Positions 8,313 to 18,101 of a stretch of 64,000 bases of DNA are shown piece after piece (position 1 is the stretch's first letter; every line of letters begins with the position of its first letter). Under the pieces are notes generated by a model. That model searched no databases. It saw nothing but the letters and a program-made list of their open reading frames with translations, and was not told the DNA's origin. A program made the position numbers and the translations under genes. This stretch comes from Promethearchaeota archaeon (GTDB lineage: Archaea > Asgardarchaeota > Hermodarchaeia > Hermodarchaeales > Hermodarchaeaceae): positions 64,001-128,000 of the forward strand of contig JBHLPH010000002.1 of assembly GCA_048939625.1 (NCBI GenBank). Direction: 5' to 3'.

Positions 8313-10571
8313 CTATGTGTATGGACCCGGTGTGGTGTCAATGGCGTCGCGTTTAGTTGACATGGCATCGATATATTCTTTATAAGCTGTGAGCATCTCT
8401 GGGGTGATGCTGGGCTTGATTTTATCCAATGCAGCGTCAAAGTGTTTGCTGTTGACCGTTGTGAGTTTTTCTTCGTGGCGGATGGCATTCATTCCAGCTT
8501 CGCGAACGAGATTCGCAATATCAGCGCCAGAAAAACCTTCGGTAGCCTTGGCTATCTTTTCCAGGTTTACATCATCTGCAAGGGGCATGTTACGGGTGTG
8601 AACCTTTAGAATTTCTACGCGTGCCTCAGCATCGGGTGGTGGAACCAAGATAATTCGATCAAAACGTCCTGGTCGAAGGAGGGCTTTATCGATGATTTCA
8701 GGACGATTAGTCGCTGCGATGACGACGACACTTTTTAGCTCTTCCATTCCGTCCATTTCAGCAAGGAGTTGGTTTAAGACCGATTCGTAGACATGGCTGC
8801 CTTGCCATTGTCCGCGTGCAGGAGCAAGGCTGTCAAGTTCATCGAAGAAGATAATACTAGGAGCAACCTGTCGGGCTTTGCGGAAGATTTTTCGAATTCC
8901 CTTCTCAGATTCACCGACCCACTTGCTAAAAATCTCAGGTCCACGGATTGCAATGAAGTTGGCTTCACTTTCAGTGGCAACCGCCTTAGCGAGCAATGTT
9001 TTTCCACCGCCAGGTGGTCCAACGAGGAGAATGCCTTTGGGTGGTTGCACACCGACTTTTTCGAATTTCGCCGGATACTTCAAGGGCCATTCAACGGCTT
9101 CCCGCAGTTCGGCTTCAACTTCCTTTAATCCCCCTACATCGTCCCATGATACTTTAGGAATTTCGAGATAGACTTCGCGTAGAGCGGATGGTTCTGCACG
9201 TCTAAGAGATTCTTTAAAATCTTCAGCGGTGACTTCTAAATTCTCAATCACTTCTGGGGGAAGGGGTTGATCTTCTTCCAGATTGATTTGTGGAAGGAGT
9301 CGGCGAAGCGTATTCATCGCAGCTTCACGGGCAATTGCGGCAAGATCTGCTCCGACCATTCCATGAGTAGAATCTGCTAGAGCATCGAGATCGACATTCT
9401 TGGTGAGAGGCATTCCTCGCGTATGGATGAGAAGGACCTCTTTTCGTCCGTTGCGGGTGGGAACGGGAATTTCGATTTCCCGGTCAAATCGTCCTGGTCG
9501 ACGAAGGGCGGGATCGAGGGCGTCTTGACGGTTGGTGGCCGCGATGACAATAACACGTCCACGTCCTTGCAGCCCATCCATGAGCGCAAGGAGTTGTGCG
9601 ACGACACGTCGTTCAACTTCTCCCTGAACCTCTTCACGTTTAGGTGCGATACTGTCGATTTCGTCGATGAAGATAATGCTAGGAGCCCGTTCAGAGGCTT
9701 TCTCGAAGAGTTCACGAAGACGTTTTTCGGATTCACCATAGAACTTACTCATTATTTCGGGTCCATTGATGGAAATGAAGGTGGCATCAGATTCACTAGC
9801 TACGGCCCGTGCGAGTAGTGTCTTTCCGGTGCCTGGGGGGCCAAAGAGCAAAACGCCCTTTGGTGGATCAATTCCTAAACGGTCAAAGAGGACAGGATGT
9901 TTGAGGGGGAGTTCAATCATTTCTCGTACACGGTCGATTGCTTCATCGAGGCCGCCAATATCTTCGTATGTCACGATTGGGGTTTTTGCAGTGACTTCTA
10001 CGGCTTCAGGTTGGATTTGAATAATTGTGTCCTCGGTAATTTTCACCACTCCTTTCGGAGTGGTATTGGTTACGACGAACTTGATTTCGCCAAGGGCGAA
10101 AGGAGCACCGGTTCCGCGCATCATGGCTTCGAAGATTGAAGTTGAGTAGTCTCCACTTCGATATGCTCCGGATCCTGCAGTGCTAATGATATCGCCTGGA
10201 GCCACAGGTCGTTGGTTTAGGCTTGGTTTGACGGCATCACCTTCAGCGACGATGCGAACGCCGCGCTGTGCAGGAGCAAGTTCGACTCGTTTAGCAGCAG
10301 GGGGATCTATTCGTCTAACTTCGACGAATTCTCCGATTCCAGTGCTAGCATTACTGCGCACCAGTCCATCCATGAAGATTTTGCCTGATCCTGCGTGAAT
10401 GGATTGGCCACGCCAGACGCGGGCACCTGTGGACTTTTTTCCTGTAATTTCTATGATATCGCCAGATGTTACCCCGAGACGTTCCATGACTTTGGGGTCT
10501 ACACGGACAATGCCCCGTCCAGCTTCATCGCTGGGGAGGGAGACGACACGTAATTGGATTTTGCTTGACAT
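8313..10571 (-). CDS. cdc48: Cdc48/p97/VAT AAA+ ATPase
   Basis: N domain, two AAA modules ([16 protein letters not shown]), RPGRFDR twice, and a penultimate Tyr (..PYT) resembling an HbYX motif. Confidence 0.97.
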   Translation of the reverse strand: MSSKIQLRVVSLPSDEAGRGIVRVDPKVMERLGVTSGDIIEITGKKSTGARVWRGQSIHAGSGKIFMDGLVRSNASTGIGEFVEVRRIDPPAAKRVELAPAQRGVRIVAEGDAVKPSLNQRPVAPGDIISTAGSGAYRSGDYSTSIFEAMMRGTGAPFALGEIKFVVTNTTPKGVVKITEDTIIQIQPEAVEVTAKTPIVTYEDIGGLDEAIDRVREMIELPLKHPVLFDRLGIDPPKGVLLFGPPGTGKTLLARAVASESDATFISINGPEIMSKFYGESEKRLRELFEKASERAPSIIFIDEIDSIAPKREEVQGEVERRVVAQLLALMDGLQGRGRVIVIAATNRQDALDPALRRPGRFDREIEIPVPTRNGRKEVLLIHTRGMPLTKNVDLDALADSTHGMVGADLAAIAREAAMNTLRRLLPQINLEEDQPLPPEVIENLEVTAEDFKESLRRAEPSALREVYLEIPKVSWDDVGGLKEVEAELREAVEWPLKYPAKFEKVGVQPPKGILLVGPPGGGKTLLAKAVATESEANFIAIRGPEIFSKWVGESEKGIRKIFRKARQVAPSIIFFDELDSLAPARGQWQGSHVYESVLNQLLAEMDGMEELKSVVVIAATNRPEIIDKALLRPGRFDRIILVPPPDAEARVEILKVHTRNMPLADDVNLEKIAKATEGFSGADIANLVREAGMNAIRHEEKLTTVNSKHFDAALDKIKPSITPEMLTAYKEYIDAMSTKRDAIDTTPGPYT

Positions 10572-10994
10572 TTAATCAAATTCCTCCGTCATTTCGGATA
10601 AGCGTTTACGAACAGTTTGGAACTCAGATGCCATTAACTGGAAGAGCGCTTCATAGGTATCAAAGTAGTGGTCGATCATTGCTTTTAGTAAGTGGTCACC
10701 ATCTTTGGTCAACCGGTAGTATCGGCGCATCGGACCTCGACCTTCGCTACGTACTTTGATATCGCCAACAATCCAGCCTTTTTCCGCTAGACGACTGAGT
10801 AAAGGGTAGATGGTTCCGGGTTCCATTTGAATCCGTCCCGTCGACATTTCATCGATTAAGGCGCTGATTCGCGCTCCATAAAGGCTTTCTTGTCGGAGTA
10901 GGGTGAGTACCCAGAACTCAAGAATGCCTCTGTTGATTTCACGCGTCCATTCGCGTAGTTTATCGTGAGTCTTATCGGTGGGGGATTCGTTCAT
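10572..10994 (-). CDS. PadR-family transcriptional regulator
   Basis: RG.LE..VL.LL...YG, GTIYPLLSRL...GWI and GP.RRYYRLT..G. Start reassigned to ATG 10994; its stop abuts the cdc48 ATG. Confidence 0.92.
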   Translation of the reverse strand: MNESPTDKTHDKLREWTREINRGILEFWVLTLLRQESLYGARISALIDEMSTGRIQMEPGTIYPLLSRLAEKGWIVGDIKVRSEGRGPMRRYYRLTKDGDHLLKAMIDHYFDTYEALFQLMASEFQTVRKRLSEMTEEFD

Positions 10995-11020
10995 ATAATA
11001 TCGCTCCAAATATATAGCGT

Positions 11021-11034
11021 GACTATATATAGTC
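11021..11034. promoter_or_regulatory. Perfect 14-bp palindrome GACTATATATAGTC, candidate PadR operator
   Basis: Lies about 27 bp upstream of the PadR ATG and downstream of a minus-strand TTTAAATA TATA-like box near 11057-11064. Confidence 0.6.
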
Positions 11035-11213
11035 TGACAAAGCAGTAATACTATCCTATTTAAACCTATCGAATATCGAAGCCAAAGCCCCCCATTAAAT
11101 TGCACACCATGAAAACTACATCGTTCCAATACTTCCTATGCAGAAAGACTTTAAAAGACGCATCTGACATTGGCTCTGAGCCCAAAGAACAGTAACTGCA
11201 AGGTGGCCAACTA

Positions 11214-12065
11214 GTGAAACTGTCAGTCCGCATTTGTACTTTACTGATTGCCGTGTTGTTCCTTACCACAATTGTGGGTTTGCAGAGCTTCACACCTATC
11301 AGAGCAGATCCTGACATCCAGGTCACTGATGTTCAGGTTCCTTCTGAAGTGGTCCAAGCTTATAGGGGCCAAGTCCAAGCAACAGTTCGCAATTTATTAA
11401 ACACTTCCTTTGATGGATATGCGCAGTTTTCAGACGAATCGGGCGAAATTCGCAGTATTAATCCAATTAATCCGCTAAGTGATGTAGTGAACTTCACGAT
11501 TGGACCAGAAGAGTCAATCACCGTGATCGTTGACTATGAAGTAAACGAATCCGCAACAATTGGTCTTCATATTGCCACCTTTGAGATTGTTGTAGGCGGG
11601 TTTTCATTCTTATTTAACCAATACCAGATTACCGTTTCACCTGTCGCGACAATTACCAGTGTTGTGCCCGGAGCCGTCTTTTCCCAAGGACAACCTGGTC
11701 TACTTCTGATCTCAATAGAAAATCGAGCGGACCGAACACGATCAGTTCGAGTTGAGGTTTTTGGACCAAAATTTGTAAATTCTACGCAGGATGTGGAGCT
11801 AGCCCCAGGAAATAACCAGCTGGCAATACCGCTGATGCCGAATGTCTCCCATGTGTATGATTTTGGAATGTTTCCAGCAAACGTTTCTATCTACTATTTT
11901 GACGAATTAATCAGCAGCGAAGATGTCATTGTCCCGGTTGATATGTTGCTCCTCAACAAAGTTGTCGCTGTTATCCTTCCAGCGGGCCTATTTCTTGTCT
12001 TGGTCCTCTTTTACGCTGTTCGGAAACGAGGTCGACTTCGCGCTGCTACTATTGAAAGTGAATAG
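11214..12065 (+). CDS. Secreted, C-terminally anchored beta-rich (Ig-like) protein
   Basis: Signal-peptide-like N-terminus, NxS/T sequons, and a C-terminal TM followed by RKRGR. Confidence 0.8.
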   Translation: MKLSVRICTLLIAVLFLTTIVGLQSFTPIRADPDIQVTDVQVPSEVVQAYRGQVQATVRNLLNTSFDGYAQFSDESGEIRSINPINPLSDVVNFTIGPEESITVIVDYEVNESATIGLHIATFEIVVGGFSFLFNQYQITVSPVATITSVVPGAVFSQGQPGLLLISIENRADRTRSVRVEVFGPKFVNSTQDVELAPGNNQLAIPLMPNVSHVYDFGMFPANVSIYYFDELISSEDVIVPVDMLLLNKVVAVILPAGLFLVLVLFYAVRKRGRLRAATIESE

Positions 12066-12120
12066 CATTAAGAGGAAGAAAAGCACTCCCTACCGTGTAG
12101 TGCACAGTAGATGGTGAACC

Positions 12121-12735
12121 ATGGCAGCACCCGAATGGACTAAGATTAGACAAGAAATCCTTGACTGCCAGAAATGCCGATTAGCTGAATCCCGAACCCA
12201 GGCAGTGCCTGGAGTTGGACCCCAAAGTGCTCAATTGGTAATTATCGGAGAAGCCCCTGGACGCCATGAGGATCTTCAAGGAGAACCCTTTGTTGGAGCT
12301 GCTGGTAAATTACTTACAAAGTTGCTTGAAGAGGCAGGGATTCCTCGAAGTTCAGTATTCATCACCAACATCGTGAAGTGTCGTCCTCCGGAAAATCGAC
12401 AACCCTTAGCCGATGAACGAAGGGCGTGTTATCCGTATCTCATTCGTCAATTGGATCTCATCCAACCGAAAATTATTGCATTGGTTGGACGTGTACCTGC
12501 TGAGACTATTCTGGAGACCACCGTGCGTATGGGAGCGATGCATGGAAAAACGTTCCACCATGGTGGACGAACGTATATTGTGATGTACCATCCTGCTGCA
12601 GGATTATATAATCAGGATCTGGTTTCTGAGCTCCAAGTCGATATGCAAAAACTAAAACAAGTACTCGATTCAGGAGACCAGTCAAAGCCTGAGAGTGGAC
12701 AACAAGACTTGAGTAAGTTCTTTGAGAAGAAATGA
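12121..12735 (+). CDS. udg: Family 4 uracil-DNA glycosylase
   Basis: CxxC, GEAPG, PFVG.AG, TNIVKCRPP.NR and YHPAA. Confidence 0.96.
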   Translation: MAAPEWTKIRQEILDCQKCRLAESRTQAVPGVGPQSAQLVIIGEAPGRHEDLQGEPFVGAAGKLLTKLLEEAGIPRSSVFITNIVKCRPPENRQPLADERRACYPYLIRQLDLIQPKIIALVGRVPAETILETTVRMGAMHGKTFHHGGRTYIVMYHPAAGLYNQDLVSELQVDMQKLKQVLDSGDQSKPESGQQDLSKFFEKK

Positions 12736-12748
12736 ATTGCTCTATGAG

Positions 12749-13213
12749 CTAGTCCTCGTTTTCCATCATTGATTCAAGTGCCGCCCGGCGTCGAGCGAGG
12801 AATGATTGGAGTTCACCCTGCATTTGAGCCCGAATTCCAAAGCCACCTGATGCTGCCGCACCCATCGGAGAAGTAGGTGTTTGCGGAGGAGGTGCTGCAA
12901 GACCAGGTGAGGAGCTAGGTCCAGAGGGTGCCGGTGGCAGCCCAGGACTTGCCGGAGTATCTGCTGGCGTGGGTGGAGTTGACAAAGAGGGTGCAGAAGG
13001 AGCTGTGCCTTTTGGCCCTCCCATTCGGAGAACAGTATCAACTTGTGTTTCAATTTTCGAGAGGCGGGTTCGTAGTTCTTCCATTTGTTTTTCGAGAGAT
13101 CCCACACCATTCAAAAAGATGGTTGCAACCCGTTCGAGGACTTTTGCGAGCTCCTCGATTTTTTTAGTCGTATCTTTTTCTGCTGCTAGAAAGTCGAATC
13201 CGCCGAATGCCAT
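12749..13213 (-). CDS. Coiled-coil + proline-rich protein with a C-terminal amphipathic/basic helix (candidate actin regulator)
   Basis: 154-aa ATG ORF with a TATA-like TTTTAAA upstream. Heptad helix at about aa 15-63, Pro/Ser-rich linker, then MQGELQSFLARRR. Confidence 0.8.
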   Translation of the reverse strand: MAFGGFDFLAAEKDTTKKIEELAKVLERVATIFLNGVGSLEKQMEELRTRLSKIETQVDTVLRMGGPKGTAPSAPSLSTPPTPADTPASPGLPPAPSGPSSSPGLAAPPPQTPTSPMGAAASGGFGIRAQMQGELQSFLARRRAALESMMENED

Positions 13214-13332
13214 ACTGTTTCAGGTTCAAGTTAGACTGTATGGTTTAAAACCTTGTGGGGCATCAGCTCTGTTCTCAGAAGATTTAGGGGAAAACTAAAC
13301 AATTATCCTTTTAGAAGCTGAAATGCTGTGAG

Positions 13333-14010
13333 ATGACGCAATCGATCTTGTCGCAGTCCCAATATCCACGGGTAATTACGTGGATATTACAACTATTGCA
13401 TCGCCGAACCCAGAAACCTAGTATTCGTAAGATGAATGGATTACTGGTTCAGATTTGCCCGCAGGTCTTTAATCCGATTACGGGTCGAACTACACAGTTC
13501 TTCATTCAGCACATGCAAATTAAACCGGAAAATCGAGTATTGGAGATTGGGACTGGCTCAGGAGCTATTGCGGCAGCAGCCGCTTCTTGCGCACAGTCAG
13601 TGACGGCCACTGATGTGAATCCATATGCTGTTCAGTGTGCCCAAACCACAATGCGATTGAATGATCTGGAAAAGAAAGTCCGTGTCCTGTTGGGAGACTT
13701 GTTTGCTCCTGTGGATGGAGAGAGATTTGATGTGGTCTTATTCAATCCTCCATATTTGGCATTTCAGCCGCGAAGTTGGCTAGCCCAGGCATGGTCTGCA
13801 GGTCCGAATTTTGAACTTCTTGAAAAATTTTTAGATGGAGTGCGAGAGGTGCTTAAAGATGAGGGTAAGATTCAGATTTTACTAAGTTCTGCAACAGTCC
13901 TATCAGAGATTTTCAAGTTAATCAGAAATGCAGCATTTGGAATTCGAGTGATAGCGGAAGGACGGATGCTGGGTTTTATGGAGCGGATTTACTTATTACA
14001 GCTCTCATGA
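13333..14010 (+). CDS. HemK/PrmC-related SAM-dependent methyltransferase
   Basis: LEIGTGSG, DVNP.A, GDLF and FNPPY. Confidence 0.9.
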   Translation: MTQSILSQSQYPRVITWILQLLHRRTQKPSIRKMNGLLVQICPQVFNPITGRTTQFFIQHMQIKPENRVLEIGTGSGAIAAAAASCAQSVTATDVNPYAVQCAQTTMRLNDLEKKVRVLLGDLFAPVDGERFDVVLFNPPYLAFQPRSWLAQAWSAGPNFELLEKFLDGVREVLKDEGKIQILLSSATVLSEIFKLIRNAAFGIRVIAEGRMLGFMERIYLLQLS

Positions 14011-15033
14011 GATTCCTCGTAATTTCCGAAGGAGTGATTCCCAAGGTAAAAAGAACAAACCAATCAAGGCTATGCCAATGATAAGGTAAACGGTATCCAT
14101 GATGGGGTCGGACCCACCACCAAAGATTTGGAGTAAAATGGGTTGAAGGAGAGGATTTAACGCTCCTAAGGTTATGATCAGGGCCAATGCTACTTTTCCA
14201 AAGAAGCAGAAGAGAACTGCTTTCCAAAGGGGATACTTTGTAGCTCCAAGGGCGATGAGGAGAATATCATCAGGTAGGGGTGTCGCAGCGTAAATAAAAA
14301 TGAAGAATCCGCCATAGCCACGTTCAATTTGCTCGCGGAGTTTGAGGATTCGCTGTCCGGTTGGGGATTCTTCTAAGGATTCACTTTGGGTTCGTCCCAG
14401 GAGCCAAGCTACGGTCTCACCGATGGCTGCACCTGCACCAGCAATTATGCCGAGAAGTAGTGCGTCGAGGAGGGTGAAACCAGGCTGGAGTGCGATGAGG
14501 AGTAGAATAAACAAATAGGGAATGGGAAAAATTACGGTGAAGTTGCCAAAGATGCTGATGATGAAGACACCAAGGTATATACCCAAGGGACCAAAAACCG
14601 CGATTGCCCATTCGATAATGGTGTTCATGATGTCAAGAATAGAGAGACCAAGTAGGACTGGGACGACTAAGAGAATTACAAAGAATGTTACGAAAACGAG
14701 GAAGCGGAGTGTTCGTTTGACATCAGATCGTTGGATGCGGGCTTGCCAAACTTGCTGAAATGTCAAATCTTTGCCACGATAGACTTTTCCGAGCCCCCAC
14801 ATGAAGAGCACAATTCCAGGGAGGAGATAACCTAAACCCGCAATGAGGGAGGCTAGAGCAATGTTAGGAGCGAAGAGGAGGACGCCGAGTGAGGTAACCA
14901 GGAATGGAAGGAGAAGAAGGATCCCTAAAAAAATAAAAGTCCCGCTACCGAGTGATAAAAAGAACTTGGCATCACCAGCTCTTTCTTCCAACGAACTTGT
15001 ATCTTCAGATGGTGTGGAGGATATCTCCGACAT
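14005..15033 (-). CDS. DedA/VTT-domain membrane protein with extra N-terminal TMs
   Basis: FPIPY, GAAIGE..AW.LGR, ATPLPDD and F.GK. Confidence 0.8.
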   Translation of the reverse strand: MSEISSTPSEDTSSLEERAGDAKFFLSLGSGTFIFLGILLLLPFLVTSLGVLLFAPNIALASLIAGLGYLLPGIVLFMWGLGKVYRGKDLTFQQVWQARIQRSDVKRTLRFLVFVTFFVILLVVPVLLGLSILDIMNTIIEWAIAVFGPLGIYLGVFIISIFGNFTVIFPIPYLFILLLIALQPGFTLLDALLLGIIAGAGAAIGETVAWLLGRTQSESLEESPTGQRILKLREQIERGYGGFFIFIYAATPLPDDILLIALGATKYPLWKAVLFCFFGKVALALIITLGALNPLLQPILLQIFGGGSDPIMDTVYLIIGIALIGLFFLPWESLLRKLRGIS

Positions 15034-15148
15034 GCATGTTCACTTCACTCGAAATGGATGAGGGTTTGAATACCATGCGGTAGTACTTCCTGTGAAAAGA
15101 GATGATAAAAATAAGCTGGTTGAGAGCAAGAGGCTAGAAGGAGGTAAA

Positions 15149-15379
15149 TTATCTCGTAATGAGCGTTGAAGTCCGCTCTACATTTCGAAGAGCACGGATT
15201 CTTTCTACAAGAACGTAGAGGTCTTCCATTGATTCAGATTCCACAGAAGTAATGATATCCCAGGAGCCTAAGGTTGTACGTGCTTCTTTGACTTGTTTGA
15301 ATTCTTTCAGACTTTCAATGATGTCATATTCTCGTCCGGATTTTGCTAGAATGAGAACATATGCTAGAACTACGGCCAC
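15149..15379 (-). CDS. Stand-alone Lrp/AsnC ligand-binding (RAM) domain protein
   Basis: AYVLI, G.WDII and IR.L..V.RTSTLI. Confidence 0.88.
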   Translation of the reverse strand: MAVVLAYVLILAKSGREYDIIESLKEFKQVKEARTTLGSWDIITSVESESMEDLYVLVERIRALRNVERTSTLITR

Positions 15380-15416
15380 TCCGTGTCACCGAGTGGGAGG
15401 GAAACCTTAGAAGCCT

Positions 15417-16715
15417 TTAAGTCTTTTTCTCCTTTGTGGGACCTAATTCACGGAATGCGACTTGATGAGTGGTTTTTGCTTCTGTGTTAGCAGGCACATC
15501 CGCGGACAGAATTGTACCCGGAAGGACGATTGAGTTTACTCCGATTTTGACTCCAGGATAAACAGATACATTTGGACTCAAGATGGCGCCGTCTCCAATG
15601 ACTGCACCATATTTAATGCGGGGAACAACCTCCCCCTTTCCTTTAATAACAGAGGTGATAGTTTCTCCGGCAAGTGAACGATTAACAAGCTGTGCACCAG
15701 CACCAATATCCACATTTCGTCCAACAACGCTATCACCGACAAAGCAAAGTCGACCAATTTTTGTTTCGTCAAATATGAGGCTTTCTTTGATTTCCACACC
15801 AAACCCAACTAAGACATTTGATCCTAATGCTGTATATTCACGGACAAGCACATTATTTCCAATGTAGGTGTTGGGTCCGATGTACGTGGGTCCACGTATA
15901 GTTGAATGAGGGCGAATCACGACTCCTTCTGAGATATGAACGGAGCCTTCAATGCTGCTTGGTTGTTGAATATCCGCAGAAGATGCGATGAAAGAGCCTT
16001 TACCAGTTAGAACCTTATCGAGGACGAATCGATTTGCTTTAATTAGGTCCCAAGGATACGAGATTTCAACCCAATCTCGTTCCCAGACTGACCCATAGAT
16101 GTCTTTTCCATCTTTGATAAGTTGTTGAAAGGCGCTGGTCAGATCCTTTGTATTTTCCAGGAGATCGAATATGGTGGATTGAACAATGTAGATTCCTGCG
16201 ACAGCGTAACGGCTTTGAATTTCAGTGGGTTGGGGCTTTTCCACTAATTGCTTAATACGAGCTCTTTCGTCAATATCAGCGATTCCATAAAATTGGGGTG
16301 TATTCGTGAGGGTAAGACTGACTACAGCTTCAGCACTTAGATCCTTGAAGTGTCGTTGGGCCCTGCGGAACATGGTGGGTTCACCAAGAATATCGGCATT
16401 GACAATGAAGAAAGCGTCCTCTCCTTGCAATTCTTCCTTGGCAACTAAAATGGAATCAGCAATCCCTCGCTGTTTCTTTTGAACAGCGTACTCGATTTTT
16501 GCCCCTAAATGATGACCGCGACCAAGAAAATCGTGAATTTGGTCCCCACGATATCCAATGGATACAACAATATCTCGGATACCAGCCGCACACATGTCCT
16601 CGATAATCCATTGGATGACTGGTTTTCCACCGATTGATAGAAGTGGTTTGGGAGTTGTGTCGACGAGTGGCCACATTCGTTGACTTTCACTACCAGCTAA
16701 AAGGAGCGCTCGCAT
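15417..16715 (-). CDS. GlmU-like sugar-phosphate nucleotidyltransferase with a left-handed beta-helix
   Basis: R..PL..TTPKPLL, EKP, W..ISYPWDL and hexapeptide repeats. The N-terminal Gly-rich motif is atypical (LAGSESQR). Confidence 0.88.
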   Translation of the reverse strand: MRALLLAGSESQRMWPLVDTTPKPLLSIGGKPVIQWIIEDMCAAGIRDIVVSIGYRGDQIHDFLGRGHHLGAKIEYAVQKKQRGIADSILVAKEELQGEDAFFIVNADILGEPTMFRRAQRHFKDLSAEAVVSLTLTNTPQFYGIADIDERARIKQLVEKPQPTEIQSRYAVAGIYIVQSTIFDLLENTKDLTSAFQQLIKDGKDIYGSVWERDWVEISYPWDLIKANRFVLDKVLTGKGSFIASSADIQQPSSIEGSVHISEGVVIRPHSTIRGPTYIGPNTYIGNNVLVREYTALGSNVLVGFGVEIKESLIFDETKIGRLCFVGDSVVGRNVDIGAGAQLVNRSLAGETITSVIKGKGEVVPRIKYGAVIGDGAILSPNVSVYPGVKIGVNSIVLPGTILSADVPANTEAKTTHQVAFRELGPTKEKKT

Positions 16716-16759
16716 CGTTGGTAACCCCTACTATAAGTGATTGCGGGTCAGCCAGCACA

Positions 16760-18040
16760 TTAATCTTTTTCCTTTCGAACCCGTGGCAGTATTTCAACGG
16801 AAAACTTGCTTTCAACTTTCTGGCTTTTTCCACTAGGTCCCAGATAGTTACAGGTCATTTCTCCTTCATGGGTCCCAGCTTTGGTGGCAATTAAGTAGAG
16901 AGGGAATTGTACATGTTGTTGGGATGGGAGACTGATAATTTGCTTCTCAAGGGTTCCAGTTTTTAGTAAAAGGGTTGGTGGGAGAGTCACCTTGATGACA
17001 ACATCTGATGCATCTCCATGACTATTATTTTCAACTCGGAGAATTAGTTCGAATTCTTCTTGAGAGTGTGGGGGCGTGACAGAATCAATGACGAGGTTGA
17101 TTTTCGGTGTAGCCGCGGTAATTTCTAGCGGAACAGGATTTGATTTGAATTGAAAATGCTGGCCGTCAATTTGAAGAAGAAGCACCATAGGGCCCACCTC
17201 AAAAGTTCCGGGCAATCGGGGATCCAAGATGAAGCGTATTTTTAACTTCTTTTTGGGGTCATGAGGAAAGGCGATTTCTTCTAGAAGGGCGATATTTGAG
17301 GGAAGGGATAGTTGGATATCAAGGACCTGCGTTGGAACCGGAAATGAGATCGTTCCGTATCCCGAGATCTGTTCCTTGATTTTTACTTCGTTCTTGTCTA
17401 ATTTCAGTGTTAGGGAAGAGGATTGTGTATTTTGAAAGAGGGCAAGAAGTGTCGTAATTAGCTGATTAATGGTTTCTGACTCATTTATTCGAGAAGGAAG
17501 TTCCAGATCGGCGGGAACAACTCCACCTTCTATGAATCGGTTTACAAGGATAGAGGCAATCAAGTAAGTGTGTGTTTTGACTTTCTTTCGCCCAAAGCGT
17601 TTCTCGATTTTTTCAGCTTCTCGGTAGGTTTGTTTTGTTCTTGCCAAGTCATTTCCGGCCAGAAAAAAAATAGATTGTAAAGAATAAGTGCGAACCAATA
17701 ACTCATCATCTTTATTCCGTGTGCCAATACGTATGACTTGTTCTAATGCGGCTGATGCGGAAGAGAAATCGTGGCTTGCTATTGCAACATCTGCAGCATC
17801 GAAGAGGATGGCTGTTTCCCGTTTATCGTCTCGAATGGCCAGATAAAATTGGGAGGCTTGTAAAAATGCATCATAAGCTCGTTGATGGTCAGGAATCTTT
17901 GCGTATTCACGACCAGCCGCCGCCCAAGAATCCGCGGCTTTGACTTCATTACCTTCCGCTTGGTGTTCTCGGGCTCGCTTCTCATGTTTGGCAGCGGATT
18001 TTGCTGGGTCACCGGAGAGAATTCCTTTAAGAAAAGACAT
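16760..18040 (-). CDS. TPR/SNAP-like alpha-solenoid fused to two Ig-like beta-sandwich domains
   Basis: Ala-rich helical repeats at about aa 10-200; beta-rich C-terminal half (LDPRLPGTFEVGP, LRVENN..GDA.DV.I.V.LP). No signal peptide. Confidence 0.8.
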   Translation of the reverse strand: MSFLKGILSGDPAKSAAKHEKRAREHQAEGNEVKAADSWAAAGREYAKIPDHQRAYDAFLQASQFYLAIRDDKRETAILFDAADVAIASHDFSSASAALEQVIRIGTRNKDDELLVRTYSLQSIFFLAGNDLARTKQTYREAEKIEKRFGRKKVKTHTYLIASILVNRFIEGGVVPADLELPSRINESETINQLITTLLALFQNTQSSSLTLKLDKNEVKIKEQISGYGTISFPVPTQVLDIQLSLPSNIALLEEIAFPHDPKKKLKIRFILDPRLPGTFEVGPMVLLLQIDGQHFQFKSNPVPLEITAATPKINLVIDSVTPPHSQEEFELILRVENNSHGDASDVVIKVTLPPTLLLKTGTLEKQIISLPSQQHVQFPLYLIATKAGTHEGEMTCNYLGPSGKSQKVESKFSVEILPRVRKEKD

Positions 18041-18101
18041 AATGAGGCACGCTTCCTGTGAACCTGCTAAAATCTATTTCGGGTATTAAAGAAAATGCGG
18101 G

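Noticed and set aside
10995-11129. N-terminal extension of the PadR ORF
   Set aside because: It covers the TATA-like box and the palindrome; ATG 10994 fits the family length.
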